Both the position numbers and the translations under genes were made by a program. 64,000 bases of DNA from Candidatus Poribacteria bacterium. Its GTDB lineage: Bacteria > Poribacteria > WGA-4E > WGA-3G. The stretch lies in NCBI GenBank assembly GCA_965198235.1, contig OZ240248.1:1760001-1824000 (forward strand). Direction: 5' to 3'. The notes under the pieces were generated by a model. It was not told the origin of the DNA. It saw only the letters and a list, made by a program, of their open reading frames with translations, and did no database searches. Numbering within the stretch: the stretch's first letter is position 1; every line of letters starts with the position of its first letter. Below are positions 9,913-20,047 of this stretch, one piece after another.

Positions 9913-10578
9913 GTGTCTTTAAAACAACGCATCCAGAATAAAGAAGTGATTAACATTGCATCTGGTGTCCCGTTCGGTTGCACCCGTGACGAGATGGAAG
10001 CGGTTCTCGGTCAAGGGAACTGCGATTTGGTCAGCACTGATCATCAGCACGGAGCCGCAAATGAAGACAAGCTTGTTGAATATTGCGCTATGGCGAGTGA
10101 ATTCGATGTAGGCGTGCAGCTCCGCATCAAACACACGCGCCACGCGTATCTCATAGGTAATCTATTAGATCTCGGTCCCCTCGCGATTGTTGTGCCGCAA
10201 GTCGAGAAAGTCGAAACAGTGGACGAGGCAATTGACGCGTTCTACTATCCTCAGATGGGAAAACGGAGTTGGGGTCCCAGCAGTGGTTACGGTATCAAAG
10301 GCGGCATGGACCGCCTAGCGTACGCCGAGTGGTGGAACAATACCGGCATTCTCATCTTACAGATCGAATCTGTTGATGCCGTGATTAACGTCCAAAAATT
10401 CGCAAAACCCGGCGTGGATATGGTAACCTTCGGTGAGAATGACCTGAATTTTAGTATAGAATCATATCCGAGCTCCCCGTTTCAGAACCTTCAAGAGTGC
10501 ATTGCGCATGTGCAAACGCAGTTGGCGGATACACACGTCAAAGTAGGTGCGGGGAATACGCCGTCAGGTTTACTGTAG
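9913..10578 (+). CDS. HpcH/HpaI aldolase family protein
   Basis: DHQHG, LDLGPLAIVVPQVE, YPQMGKRSWG, QIES, FGENDL. GTG start after AAGGAGG. Confidence 0.85.
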   Translation: MSLKQRIQNKEVINIASGVPFGCTRDEMEAVLGQGNCDLVSTDHQHGAANEDKLVEYCAMASEFDVGVQLRIKHTRHAYLIGNLLDLGPLAIVVPQVEKVETVDEAIDAFYYPQMGKRSWGPSSGYGIKGGMDRLAYAEWWNNTGILILQIESVDAVINVQKFAKPGVDMVTFGENDLNFSIESYPSSPFQNLQECIAHVQTQLADTHVKVGAGNTPSGLL

Positions 10579-10691
10579 GAGTCATTTCCTAATCGTTGTT
10601 AATCCCTTACATCGGAAAGTGGCAGATTTCGTATACTGAGGCACACAAACAGGGGCTTGCTGTCAAGGGAATGCTATCAAGGAGTGTCATA

Positions 10692-11936
10692 ATGTCAAAA
10701 CGGATTAAGATCGGGATTATTGGATGCGGTATGGTAGCCGGTTCACATGTCAATGGGTATCTTGCACATCCGCAGCACGCCGAAATCGTTGCTGTTTGCG
10801 ATACGGTGGAAGCGAATGCAAAGCGGCGACATGCGGAAGTCCTTTCTGGTGCAGCGTCGAGCGCGGAAGCCGCAAAAACTGACGCAGAAAAGGCAGATAC
10901 CGCGGAAGCACGCGAGCAATTGAAGGCAAACGCTGCATTCTGGTCAGAATATAGCGACAACGGAGTCAAAATCTTTAGCGACTACAACGAAATGTTGAGG
11001 GAATGTGATTTAGACGCGGTCAGCCTTGCCCTACCGCCGTTTGTCCATGAGCCTGCCACAGTCGCAGCAGCGAAGGCTGGAAAGCACGTCTTCTGCGAAA
11101 AACCGATGGCACGCACGGCAACAGAGGCGAGAAATATGCGTGATGCCTGTGACGCAGCTGGCGTTAAGCTCGCATACCAGAGCGGCGGCACATGCCTTGA
11201 TCCGACAAGTTACGCTATTCGGGACTATATCACCTCTGGGAAACTCGGGGATGTTTATTACGGCAGATTGACCAGTTACCGTGCCCGCGGCAGACCTAAT
11301 GTAGATATGTTCGGTTACGGCAGATGGTTCCTCCATTCCGTTTACAGCGGTGGCGGCACGATATATGACACAGGTGTCTACCTCATCAATCGTTCTATCT
11401 ATCTCCTCGGTTCACCACAGCCCGCCACAATTAGTGGCATTGCTTATCGTGGGATGCTTCCTGAATATACAGGCGACGAGATTAACGATGTTGAGGAGCA
11501 CGCCTCCGTGTTTGTCCGATTTACAAACGGGATGTCGTTTACATACGAGAACGGTTGGTCGAGCAATATGGCAGGGCAACCACAAGGTATTTTTATTTTC
11601 GGCTCTAAAGGTTCGTTTAGCAACGATAAGCTCTTCCTTGAAAAAGGGGAGTGGGATACTGATGATCAGGGCAATCGCAGACGCTATCAAGACAATCTTG
11701 CCGAAACGCCGTTGGAGTTGCCAGATATGTCCTTCCCGGATAAGTTCCGTGATTTCCTTGATGCCTGTAACAGCGATGCCCAACCTGTCAGCAATGGGGA
11801 TGTCGGTCTGAAGGTTACAGAGATTATGAGCGGGGCACTCTTGTCTGCGAAACTCGGTCGCGAAGTTAGCGTAGAAGAACTGTATGAATTAGAAGGACTC
11901 CGCGCAGAACCGATACCGGGTTGGCACATTCCATAA
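10692..11936 (+). CDS. Gfo/Idh/MocA oxidoreductase
   Basis: IGIIGCG, GKHVFCEKP, GGGTIYDTGVY. Contains an Ala-rich helical insert of about 40 aa in the Rossmann domain. Confidence 0.92.
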   Translation: MSKRIKIGIIGCGMVAGSHVNGYLAHPQHAEIVAVCDTVEANAKRRHAEVLSGAASSAEAAKTDAEKADTAEAREQLKANAAFWSEYSDNGVKIFSDYNEMLRECDLDAVSLALPPFVHEPATVAAAKAGKHVFCEKPMARTATEARNMRDACDAAGVKLAYQSGGTCLDPTSYAIRDYITSGKLGDVYYGRLTSYRARGRPNVDMFGYGRWFLHSVYSGGGTIYDTGVYLINRSIYLLGSPQPATISGIAYRGMLPEYTGDEINDVEEHASVFVRFTNGMSFTYENGWSSNMAGQPQGIFIFGSKGSFSNDKLFLEKGEWDTDDQGNRRRYQDNLAETPLELPDMSFPDKFRDFLDACNSDAQPVSNGDVGLKVTEIMSGALLSAKLGREVSVEELYELEGLRAEPIPGWHIP

Positions 11937-12074
11937 CGGAGCATGCAACGAATTTAATGTTGACAAATTACCCTTCAATCGGGTATTCTTTAAAAGGTGT
12001 CGTTGGGTGTGCGGAAGCATATACACGTCGAACGTATTACTTCGCTTGAAGGAACATGAAACGGAGGATTAGAT

Positions 12075-12923
12075 TTGAAGAGTTTTGAGTTTTTTGAACC
12101 TACCACCCTCGCGGAGGCATCTCGGCTATTCGCTCAGGAGCACGCGCAGCTCCTTGCAGGCGGGACAGACCTCGTTATCGGTATGAAGGCACTCACCGAA
12201 ACGCCGCAGTCCGTGATTAGTTTGCAGAAAATCCCGGAATTGGCGGGTGTCACTGCAGAAGCCGATGGCAGTATTAGCGTCGGTGCGATGACGAAGGTAC
12301 GCGAGGTCGAGTTATCGGCAGATATTCAGAATCACCACACTGCACTGGCAGAAGGTGCGGCAGAAATCGGCTCTATCCAGATTCGCAACCTTGCAACTAT
12401 CGGTGGAAATATTGCGCACGCTTCTCCTGCGGCAGATACAGTTGCTGGTTTGCTTGTCGCTGATGCACAGGTTGACATCGCGAGTGCGGATGGCGAGCGG
12501 AGCGTATCAATTGACGATCTTTTCACAGGACCGGGTCAGACCGTCTTAACACCCGGTGAGATTATCACACGTTTTCGTTTACCGAGCCCGATGTCTGGTT
12601 CTCACTACAGCAAGCATAAAATCCGCGAAGTGATGGATCTCGCGTTCATCGGTGTTGCCGCCGCTGTCAATCTGGACAATGGGACAATCACGGATGTCCG
12701 AATCGGACTCGCAGCTGTTGCGCCTACGCCGATTCGTGCGCCGGAAGCAGAGAATCTTCTAAGGGGAAATGAACTTACAGCGGAACTTTTGGAACAAGCC
12801 GGTGAAGCCGCGGCGGCAGCCGCCAGCCCAATATCCGATTTACGTTGCTCCGCAGAACATCGCAGAGAAATGGTCGATGTACTTACGAGACGAACCTTAC
12901 AAGAGGCGGTCGCGAGGGCATAA
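12075..12923 (+). CDS. Xanthine dehydrogenase/CoxM-family FAD-binding subunit
   Basis: LAGGTDL and QIRNLATIGGNIAHASPAAD. Confidence 0.95.
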   Translation: MKSFEFFEPTTLAEASRLFAQEHAQLLAGGTDLVIGMKALTETPQSVISLQKIPELAGVTAEADGSISVGAMTKVREVELSADIQNHHTALAEGAAEIGSIQIRNLATIGGNIAHASPAADTVAGLLVADAQVDIASADGERSVSIDDLFTGPGQTVLTPGEIITRFRLPSPMSGSHYSKHKIREVMDLAFIGVAAAVNLDNGTITDVRIGLAAVAPTPIRAPEAENLLRGNELTAELLEQAGEAAAAAASPISDLRCSAEHRREMVDVLTRRTLQEAVARA

Positions 12924-13024
12924 GTCCAATTATTTATTTACAAGGAGATGCGCTGAGACACGGAACATCCCACCTCACGTTCTACTACGGAATCATGGTG
13001 TATGTATAATAAAGGAGAAAAAAT

Positions 13025-13504
13025 ATGGCAAAACACCCTGTCAGTCTAAAGGTTAACGGGGACGAATACGATTTACTCATTGAACCGCGCAAAACTCTGT
13101 TGGCTGTGCTTCGCGATACGGTCGGTTTGACGGGAACCAAAGAGGGGTGTAGTACAGGCGACTGCGGTGCTTGCACCGTTATCGTTGATGGTGAAGCCGT
13201 TACGTCCTGCATGGTGCTCGGTGTCACCGCCTCCGAAAAGGAGATTACCACCATTGAAGGTTTAGCCAGCGACGGTGAGCTTCATCCTGTTCAACAGGCG
13301 TTTATCAACACAGGCGGCTATCAGTGTGGTTTCTGTACCCCCGGTTTCATCATGGCATCGAAGGTGCTCTTAGACGAGAATCCGGATAGGACCGAAGAAG
13401 AGTTCAGGCATGCACTCGGCGGGAATATCTGCCGTTGCACCGGATACACAAAGATTCTTGAAGCAGTTCTGAAAGCAGCGGAAGAAGTCCGAACAACTGC
13501 ATAA
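13025..13504 (+). CDS. CoxS-family [2Fe-2S] subunit
   Basis: GCSTGDCGACTV, QCGFCTPG and GNICRCTGY. Confidence 0.95.
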   Translation: MAKHPVSLKVNGDEYDLLIEPRKTLLAVLRDTVGLTGTKEGCSTGDCGACTVIVDGEAVTSCMVLGVTASEKEITTIEGLASDGELHPVQQAFINTGGYQCGFCTPGFIMASKVLLDENPDRTEEEFRHALGGNICRCTGYTKILEAVLKAAEEVRTTA

Positions 13505-13573
13505 AGGACGGTTTTTAACACAGCGAACCTCGATCCAAAATCGAGACGAAAACTTAATTTAATAGGAGAAAAC

Positions 13574-13804
13574 ATGGCAAAGACTCATCGTGGAAAAGGC
13601 ATAAGGCACCTTTACGTAGATCCAAACGGGCAGGTCCACAACGGCGAATATAACAACGGCCGGGGAACCTGTCCGGTTTGCGAACGTACGGGTGTGAAGG
13701 TGCTTTATGATCGGGAAGTCGGCGAGGATACTGTTAAAGTCTGTAAAAAATGCAATACTGCCATCGGACGTGGTAAACTCCACCAACTCGTTGCAAGTGC
13801 ATAG
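13574..13804 (+). CDS. Small basic C4 zinc-ribbon protein
   Basis: 76 aa, AGGAG RBS, CPVC...CKKC, basic N-terminus MAKTHRGKGIR. Confidence 0.8.
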   Translation: MAKTHRGKGIRHLYVDPNGQVHNGEYNNGRGTCPVCERTGVKVLYDREVGEDTVKVCKKCNTAIGRGKLHQLVASA

Positions 13805-13883
13805 CAAGAAATTTGTATCGGTGGGTACACTTTGGAAACGAGTGTGCCGAAGCACCGAAAAATCATGAGGAAAGGAGAATTAG

Positions 13884-16181
13884 ATGTCAGATTATACTGT
13901 TGTCGGACAAACAGTCGCACGCGTTGATGCTGTTGAAAAGGTAACCGGTGCCGCCCAATACGGCGCAGATGTTCATCCACCCGGTATGCTCTACGGCAAG
14001 ATCGTCCGCAGTAAACACGCTCACGCCAACATACTCAGCATCGACATCAGCGAAGCCGAAAAACTTCCCGGTGTCAGAGCGATCATTACGCAAGACGACG
14101 TACTAAGCGGCAGAAGAGTTTTCGCGACTGACAAAGTGCTTTACTTGGGCGAACCGCTTGCTGCCGTTGCGGCAACCGATCCCGATGTTGCCGAGGAAGC
14201 CGCTGAACTCATTAAGATTGAATACGAAGTGCTGCCGGTTGTGCAAGATGTCATGGAAGCGATTAAGGCATCCGCACCACGCTTGCACGGTGATACTACA
14301 AAGGATGGTCCCAATCGACGGGAAGTCAGCGCACAGATCCGGAAACTCTCTCGTGATAAAGAGAACGATCACAGCGACGAAATCAGCAAACTTGAGGTAG
14401 CATTAGAGGAATACCCTGATGAAGTTTACTATAACATCTCTGCCGAAAGCCACTCTGAAGCGGGTGATGTTGAGAAAGGATTCGCTGAATCTGATGTTGT
14501 TGTTGAAGATACTTATGTGATTCCACGAGTTCACCAGACTTATATGGAACCGCACGTCTCTGTCGCCAGTGCCGACTCATCCGGCAAAATCACTGTCTGG
14601 GCATCCACGCAAGGTCCGTTCGCTATCCGTTCCGGTATCGCCGGGACGCTTGGTATTCCGTTGACGCAAATTAATGTCATCGGCACAACGATGGGTGGTG
14701 GTTTTGGTGGACGTTTTGGTGTCATCATTACACACATTCCAGCCGTGCTACTTTCGCAGAAAACGGGGCGTCCAGTCCGTGTTCAGATGACACGTGAGGA
14801 GGAATTCATTGATGGTAGACCGGCACCCGGATGTGTTATTAAAATCAAGACAGGTGCTACGAACGACGGACACATTCTCGCACGGGAAGCACTCGCTTTT
14901 TGGGATTCCGGTTCCGTCTCCGGGGCATCGATCGGCAGCACGATTCGAGTCCGCGGGGTCTACAAAATTCCGAATCTCAAGGTAGACGCTTATGGCGTTC
15001 ACACCAACAAATCTGGTACTGCGGCTTACAGAGCACCCGGTGCCCCGCAAGCCATTTTCGCAGGTGAATCCCAACTCGACGAAATTGCTGAACGCATCGG
15101 TATGGATCCTGTTAAGTTCCGTCTAATGAACATGCGCGAGGAAGGCGATCCTGTCCCCGCAGGTGCAAACGAACCCAAAGTGGGTTACAAAGAGACTTTG
15201 GAAGCGGTCGCTGATGCCGCTGGATGGTGGGATCGGGAAGCTGGCGAGAACCAAGGATGGGGCGTTGCTGTTGGTGATTGGACAAACGGCTGTGGACCCG
15301 GTGGTGTTTATGTGTCTGTTCATGAAGACGGGAGTGCCCGTATCTTCCACGGGTCTATGGACATTACTGGAACAGATACCGCAATTTCGCAGATTATCGC
15401 CGAAATCCTGACAGTGCCGTATGAAAGCGTCACGATTCGACGCGGTGATACAGATTCCGCTCCATATTCTACCGGCTCAGGTGGAAGTGTCGTCACCTTC
15501 ACAATGGGCAACACTGCAAAATTGGCGGCTGAAGATGCTCACCGACGGATTCTCGAACTCGCCTCAGAGCGACTCAATATGAATGTAGACAACCTTAAAC
15601 TCAAAGATGGGGCTGTCCATGTTCTCTCCGCAGAGCCACCGAAATCCATTTCGTTAGGTGAACTTGCGGCGTATAGTTTGTCGACAACCGGGGGTCCTAT
15701 TGTCGGGAAAGGTTCCTTCGCACGGCAGGCAAGCACACCGGCACTCGCGGCGCAGATTGCGAAAGTCGAAGTAGACCCGGACACCGGCAGAACCCGAGTT
15801 CTCAAACTTGTCGCTTCTCAAGATGTCGGCTACGCCATTAACCCGATGGCTGTTGAAGGACAAATCGAAGGTGGCACAGTGCAAGGTTATGCCTGGGCAA
15901 TGATGGAAGAGATGCAGTACGGCGAAAACGGTAATATTAATCCAGGATTTGTCGATTACCGCGTCCCAACCTCAGCAGATCTCCCAACGGTCGAGTCTGT
16001 CATTGTTGAAGTGCCTGCACCCAACGGTCCCTATGGTGCCAAAGGTGTTGGTGAACCACCTATCACGCCAACATTGGCAACGATGGCAAACGCTGTCAAA
16101 GATGCCATCGGTGTGCGGATTACCGAATTGCCAATCAAACCAGAGAAGGTTGTCCAAGCATTGAAGAGCAATGGACATTAG
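13884..16181 (+). CDS. Xanthine dehydrogenase-family molybdopterin-binding subunit
   Basis: KVTGAAQY, GGGFGG, AYRAPG, GQIEGG and GAKGVGE motifs. Confidence 0.95.
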   Translation: MSDYTVVGQTVARVDAVEKVTGAAQYGADVHPPGMLYGKIVRSKHAHANILSIDISEAEKLPGVRAIITQDDVLSGRRVFATDKVLYLGEPLAAVAATDPDVAEEAAELIKIEYEVLPVVQDVMEAIKASAPRLHGDTTKDGPNRREVSAQIRKLSRDKENDHSDEISKLEVALEEYPDEVYYNISAESHSEAGDVEKGFAESDVVVEDTYVIPRVHQTYMEPHVSVASADSSGKITVWASTQGPFAIRSGIAGTLGIPLTQINVIGTTMGGGFGGRFGVIITHIPAVLLSQKTGRPVRVQMTREEEFIDGRPAPGCVIKIKTGATNDGHILAREALAFWDSGSVSGASIGSTIRVRGVYKIPNLKVDAYGVHTNKSGTAAYRAPGAPQAIFAGESQLDEIAERIGMDPVKFRLMNMREEGDPVPAGANEPKVGYKETLEAVADAAGWWDREAGENQGWGVAVGDWTNGCGPGGVYVSVHEDGSARIFHGSMDITGTDTAISQIIAEILTVPYESVTIRRGDTDSAPYSTGSGGSVVTFTMGNTAKLAAEDAHRRILELASERLNMNVDNLKLKDGAVHVLSAEPPKSISLGELAAYSLSTTGGPIVGKGSFARQASTPALAAQIAKVEVDPDTGRTRVLKLVASQDVGYAINPMAVEGQIEGGTVQGYAWAMMEEMQYGENGNINPGFVDYRVPTSADLPTVESVIVEVPAPNGPYGAKGVGEPPITPTLATMANAVKDAIGVRITELPIKPEKVVQALKSNGH

Positions 16182-16220
16182 AATAGCTGTCAGCCGTCGG
16201 AGTGCTCGGAAGTCACGTAA

Positions 16221-16245
16221 TCGGTGCGGTTTCAAACCGCACCGA
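16221..16245 (+). terminator. Strong hairpin after the Mo-hydroxylase operon (terminator or REP-like)
   Basis: TCGGTGCGGTT-tca-AACCGCACCGA, 11-bp perfect stem, no U-tract. Confidence 0.45.
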
Positions 16246-16363
16246 CCAACGTGATGGCGTGCTTCCCTTGAGGTTACGGAACCTCACTAACAACCTACCC
16301 CTACTTAACCGAAAATCTGCCTGAAACGAAGTGGAAGGCAGCCCAGGAGCCATAAATTAAAAA

Positions 16364-17080
16364 ATGTTTGGCGAAATTAGAAATGGACAGGGTGAACGCC
16401 TTGATTACGCCTTTCATGAAGGCGAAGGCGACAGAATTGCGGTGATTGGACACGGAGTGACTGGCAACAAGGACAGACCTGCACTCATCGCTTTGGCAGA
16501 GGGACTCGCTGCCGCTGGCATTTCTGTGCTGCGCTTCTCCTTCTCCGGCAACGGTGGATCGGATGGGGCATTTACAGATTCCACTATCACAAAAGAGATA
16601 GCAGACCTCGGGAACGTCATTGATGCGCTTGATGGATATAACGTCTGTTATGTCGGGCATAGTATGGGTGGTGCAGTTGGTGTCCTGCGTGCCTCTGCCG
16701 ATGAACGTATCCAACTACTGGTTTCACTTGCGGGAATGGTCCACACGAAAGCGTTTGCACAACGTGAATTCGGCGATGTCACACCCGATGAGGGCTTTAT
16801 GTGGGATGAACCTGACTGTCCACTCTCACGAGCCTATATGGATGAGATGGCGGCAATAGACAGTGTCGCAAAAAGCGCAAGTAAATTTGCCGTTCCGTGG
16901 CTTTTGGTTCACGGCACAGAGGACGATATCGTTCCCATTGAGGATAGCCACGACATCCTACAGTACGCAAACGAAGAGACAGAACTTCTCGAACTGCCGG
17001 GCGTGGACCACGTCTTTTCTGGTGACTCCACCGCAATTATGGTTGAAAAAGTCGTCACGTGGATTCGTCAAAATCTATAA
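16364..17080 (+). CDS. Alpha/beta hydrolase
   Basis: GHSMG nucleophile, VHGTEDDIVP and DHVF. Confidence 0.92.
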   Translation: MFGEIRNGQGERLDYAFHEGEGDRIAVIGHGVTGNKDRPALIALAEGLAAAGISVLRFSFSGNGGSDGAFTDSTITKEIADLGNVIDALDGYNVCYVGHSMGGAVGVLRASADERIQLLVSLAGMVHTKAFAQREFGDVTPDEGFMWDEPDCPLSRAYMDEMAAIDSVAKSASKFAVPWLLVHGTEDDIVPIEDSHDILQYANEETELLELPGVDHVFSGDSTAIMVEKVVTWIRQNL

Positions 17081-17093
17081 GGTGGAAGCGAGT

Positions 17094-17321
17094 ATGGCAT
17101 ATATTGATAAAATCAAGGAAGAAGTTGGCTGGCTAAAGGTTATATTCGCTATTTCGATTGCCACAGATATTTCTTTGATCGCCTGGCTCATTCAGAATTT
17201 CGGGAAAGTGAATCTGTTTCTTTACATAGCAGGTCCGCTCGCTGCAGTCCGAATGATGTTGGCAATTGACCGAATTGATAGTACCGCACGTCAAAAAATG
17301 AATGAATTAGAGGAACTATGA
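17094..17321 (+). CDS. Small membrane protein (75 aa)
   Basis: MAYIDKIKEEVGWLKVIFAISIATDISLIAWL..., two hydrophobic segments. It is the 3' part of track ORF 16863-17321. Confidence 0.65.
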   Translation: MAYIDKIKEEVGWLKVIFAISIATDISLIAWLIQNFGKVNLFLYIAGPLAAVRMMLAIDRIDSTARQKMNELEEL

Positions 17322-17422
17322 TGGATTGGAGAGAGTTAGTTATCATAGGTCTGATTGTGGCGTTTTTCATTACCTTCGGAAGAATCGTACGAAGAGCCAC
17401 CAAGAGCGGGAATAAAAATTAA
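17318..17422 (+). CDS. 34-aa single-pass membrane peptide (not in ORF track)
   Basis: ATGA overlap with the previous stop and GAGG upstream. Sequence MMDWRELVIIGLIVAFFITFGRIVRRATKSGNKN. Confidence 0.55.
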   Translation: MMDWRELVIIGLIVAFFITFGRIVRRATKSGNKN

Positions 17423-17501
17423 ACCGGGAACAGAAAGCTCTCAATGTCCTGCGCAACGGCATGGGTCGTTATGCTGCTACAAACCTTGGAGGAATTAAAT
17501 T

Positions 17502-18326
17502 ATGTCAACACCGCGTCTTTCAGTTTCAACGTGGAGTCTGCATCGACAACTCGGAAAACCGGGATTCACCGGACCCACGCATGACATGCAAATTCCAGTT
17601 GAAACCCACAACAAGGGACCTATTTCACTTCTGGAGTTACCTGCACGTGTCGCCGAATTCGGCATTCGCACTTTGGAGATTTGTCATTTCCATCTGCCCT
17701 CTGTCGAGAAAACCTACCTCGCTGAACTCCGCGCCGCACTTGCCGCTGCGGACGTTGAACTTTTTTCTCTACTGATTGACGATGGCGACATTACCCATCC
17801 GTCTGACGCAACCCGCGACATCGCGTGGATTGAAAAGTGGATCGACATCGCTGGCGAACTCGGTGCGAAATGTGCACGCGTCATTGGTGGTAAAGCCGAT
17901 CCGTCCGCAGAAACCGTTGCACAGAGCCGTGATGTCCTCGCGGAACTCACCGAACGGGCTGACACTGCGGGCATCCGCGTGATGAGCGAAAACTGGTTCT
18001 CTATCTTTTCTACGCCTGAAAACGTCAATACCATTTTAGGTGAGTTAGACGGTAAGGTAGGGCTATGTCTCGACTTCGGTAACTGGCGTGGTGATACAAA
18101 GTATGAAAATCTTGCTGCGATCGCTTCGTGGGCAGAGTCGTGTCATACCAAAGCACATTTCGCAGCACCGCGTGAAATGGACAAGAAAGATTACGTGCAA
18201 TGCCTTGATCTCACCCAAGAAGCAGGTTTCGCTGGACCCCATACCCTCATCTACGATGGACCCGGTGATGACGAATGGGAAGGCTTGGCTATTGAACGCG
18301 AAGTCGTGAATCCATACCTCAATTAG
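17502..18326 (+). CDS. Sugar phosphate isomerase/epimerase (TIM barrel)
   Basis: SVSTWSL, MSENW, CLDFGNW and HTK motifs. Confidence 0.88.
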   Translation: MSTPRLSVSTWSLHRQLGKPGFTGPTHDMQIPVETHNKGPISLLELPARVAEFGIRTLEICHFHLPSVEKTYLAELRAALAAADVELFSLLIDDGDITHPSDATRDIAWIEKWIDIAGELGAKCARVIGGKADPSAETVAQSRDVLAELTERADTAGIRVMSENWFSIFSTPENVNTILGELDGKVGLCLDFGNWRGDTKYENLAAIASWAESCHTKAHFAAPREMDKKDYVQCLDLTQEAGFAGPHTLIYDGPGDDEWEGLAIEREVVNPYLN

Positions 18327-18344
18327 GACTGGAGGAATCTAACG

Positions 18345-18575
18345 ATGGCTTCTAATGCTATTGCCACGATTACCCGAATGGTGGAGACACTACCTGAAGC
18401 GTTGCAGAATCAGATCATGGAGCATCTACGCGAGTATATTGCGGAGTTAGAAGATGAACTTCGTTGGGAGGTTTCCTTCAACAGGACGCAAGAGCAACTC
18501 ATCGCGACTGCTCGTCGTGCCAAAAAGGAAATCGCCGAAGGAAAAGCCGAACCAATGGATTTGGATCGGTTATGA
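18345..18575 (+). CDS. Putative type II antitoxin
   Basis: 76 aa ending EIAEGKAEPMDLDRL, with ATGA overlap to the toxin. Confidence 0.75.
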   Translation: MASNAIATITRMVETLPEALQNQIMEHLREYIAELEDELRWEVSFNRTQEQLIATARRAKKEIAEGKAEPMDLDRL

Positions 18576-18832
18576 AATCGGCAACATTGCCTTCATTTTG
18601 GGCAGCTTATCGAACACTTGATGAGACGCTTAGAAATCAAGCCAGAAAGGCGTATCGATTGTGGATTTCTAATCCGTTTCATGGTTCTTTGCGTTTCAAG
18701 TGTATCAATAATGAGGAAGGTATTTGGTCCGTGAGAATCACTCGGGGTTATCGTGCGGTCGGCATCTTAGAAGAAGATACAGTCACATGGTTTTGGATAG
18801 GGCATCACGACGATTACGAACGTTTTTTTTAG
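18572..18832 (+). CDS. RelE/ParE-superfamily toxin
   Basis: MKSATLPSFW...NPFHGSLRFK...WSVRITRGYRA...WFWIGHHDDY. Confidence 0.8.
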   Translation: MKSATLPSFWAAYRTLDETLRNQARKAYRLWISNPFHGSLRFKCINNEEGIWSVRITRGYRAVGILEEDTVTWFWIGHHDDYERFF

Positions 18833-18863
18833 GAGATAGCTGTATTCAGCTTATAGATAAAAA

Positions 18864-19706
18864 ATGTTTTCACTCTCACAAACACAACACAGTTTAACTA
18901 TTGCTTGGGACGGACAACAGGTCTTGGGCTACCATTTTTCCGAAGATGGCAATCGTCCGTTTTGCCATCCTTTGAACCTGCCCGGTGCGCCGCCGCTCAC
19001 GATGAACGAACCCGGTGATCACGTACACCACCAAGGTCTATGGGTCGCGTGGAAAAAGGTTAACGAAGTCAATTTCTGGGAACAACCGACACCCGGTAGT
19101 GACCCAACCGGTTTCGGCAAAATCGTCCATCAGCGGGTTGTTTCGCAAAGTGCAGATGCCAACAGCGCAAGTTTAACGACCGAGAACGCATGGATAGACT
19201 GGCAAGGCACGACGCATCTAACGGAGCAGCGGGAGATGACCCTCCATTCCCCCACAGCGGATGCGATGCAGATTTCCGTGTCGTTGATATTGCATCCGAA
19301 CGAGCGTGAGGTCGTTTTGGATCTGCGGCGCGGTGAACCCGGTGCAGATGGCAGATTCTACAGCGGGATGGCGATCCGATTCGACAATATCATCACACCG
19401 GGGAACCTATTGGATGCCGATGGACGCACCGAACCGATGGACATCTTCGGCAAGCAGAGCCGTTGGTGTTGCTTCACTTCGCAACACCCCACTGACAATG
19501 AAACCTACGGGATCGCTATCATTGATCACCCCGATAATCCTCGTTATCCAACAACGTGGTGGGTGCGCAACCGGGAGAACTACTGTTTAATCCATCCCTC
19601 GCTCGTTTACTACGAACCGCTGCATCTCGCATCCGATGAAACTTTGAATCTGCAGTATCGCGTGGTCCTCTATCGCGGCGAACCCAATGCAGCGTTATTT
19701 GAGTAG
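18864..19706 (+). CDS. PmoA-like/DUF6807 family protein (not methane monooxygenase)
   Basis: RPFCHPL, DHVHHQGLW and DHPDNPRYPTTWWVR motifs. Confidence 0.75.
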   Translation: MFSLSQTQHSLTIAWDGQQVLGYHFSEDGNRPFCHPLNLPGAPPLTMNEPGDHVHHQGLWVAWKKVNEVNFWEQPTPGSDPTGFGKIVHQRVVSQSADANSASLTTENAWIDWQGTTHLTEQREMTLHSPTADAMQISVSLILHPNEREVVLDLRRGEPGADGRFYSGMAIRFDNIITPGNLLDADGRTEPMDIFGKQSRWCCFTSQHPTDNETYGIAIIDHPDNPRYPTTWWVRNRENYCLIHPSLVYYEPLHLASDETLNLQYRVVLYRGEPNAALFE

Positions 19707-19948
19707 ATTATCTGATTTCCTTGGGCGGTGCTTTGTAAAAACGCAAAAGAACAGACCATAACCATGGAAAAAGCAGATTACAAATCCGATTCTACAGATG
19801 GGATTAAAACTGTTCCTGACTCAAGGCGGGACTTTCTTGCCAGGTTGGGCAAAGGGGCAAGGTTACCTCGGAAATGTTATTCACAGGGTGCCTGTCTCGG
19901 TAGTCGCCTAAACAGAAATGCGTGAAAATTGGTTCTCCATCTTTTCTG

Positions 19949-20047
19949 GTTCGCGAGACCTAAGCCCGTAATGTAATGGAGGGCGACTCTAAAAAAAAAT
20001 CTTCAATGCCCAAACCACATTACTTAACCGCAAGGAAAATTAAAAAT
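19949..20047 (+). repeat. Dispersed miniature repeat; second copy at 23645-23740
   Basis: TTCGCGAGACCTAAGCCCGTAATGTAATGGAGGGCGACTCT...CTTCAATG...ACTTAACCGCAAGGAAAATTAA is shared by both loci. Confidence 0.9.

Noticed and set aside
12075-16181. Aerobic CO dehydrogenase (coxMSL)
   Set aside because: Gene order fits, but the large subunit has AYRAPG rather than AYxCSFR or AYxGAGR.
18864-19706. Particulate methane monooxygenase pmoA
   Set aside because: Soluble protein without TM helices and no pmoB/pmoC; the family name is a misnomer.
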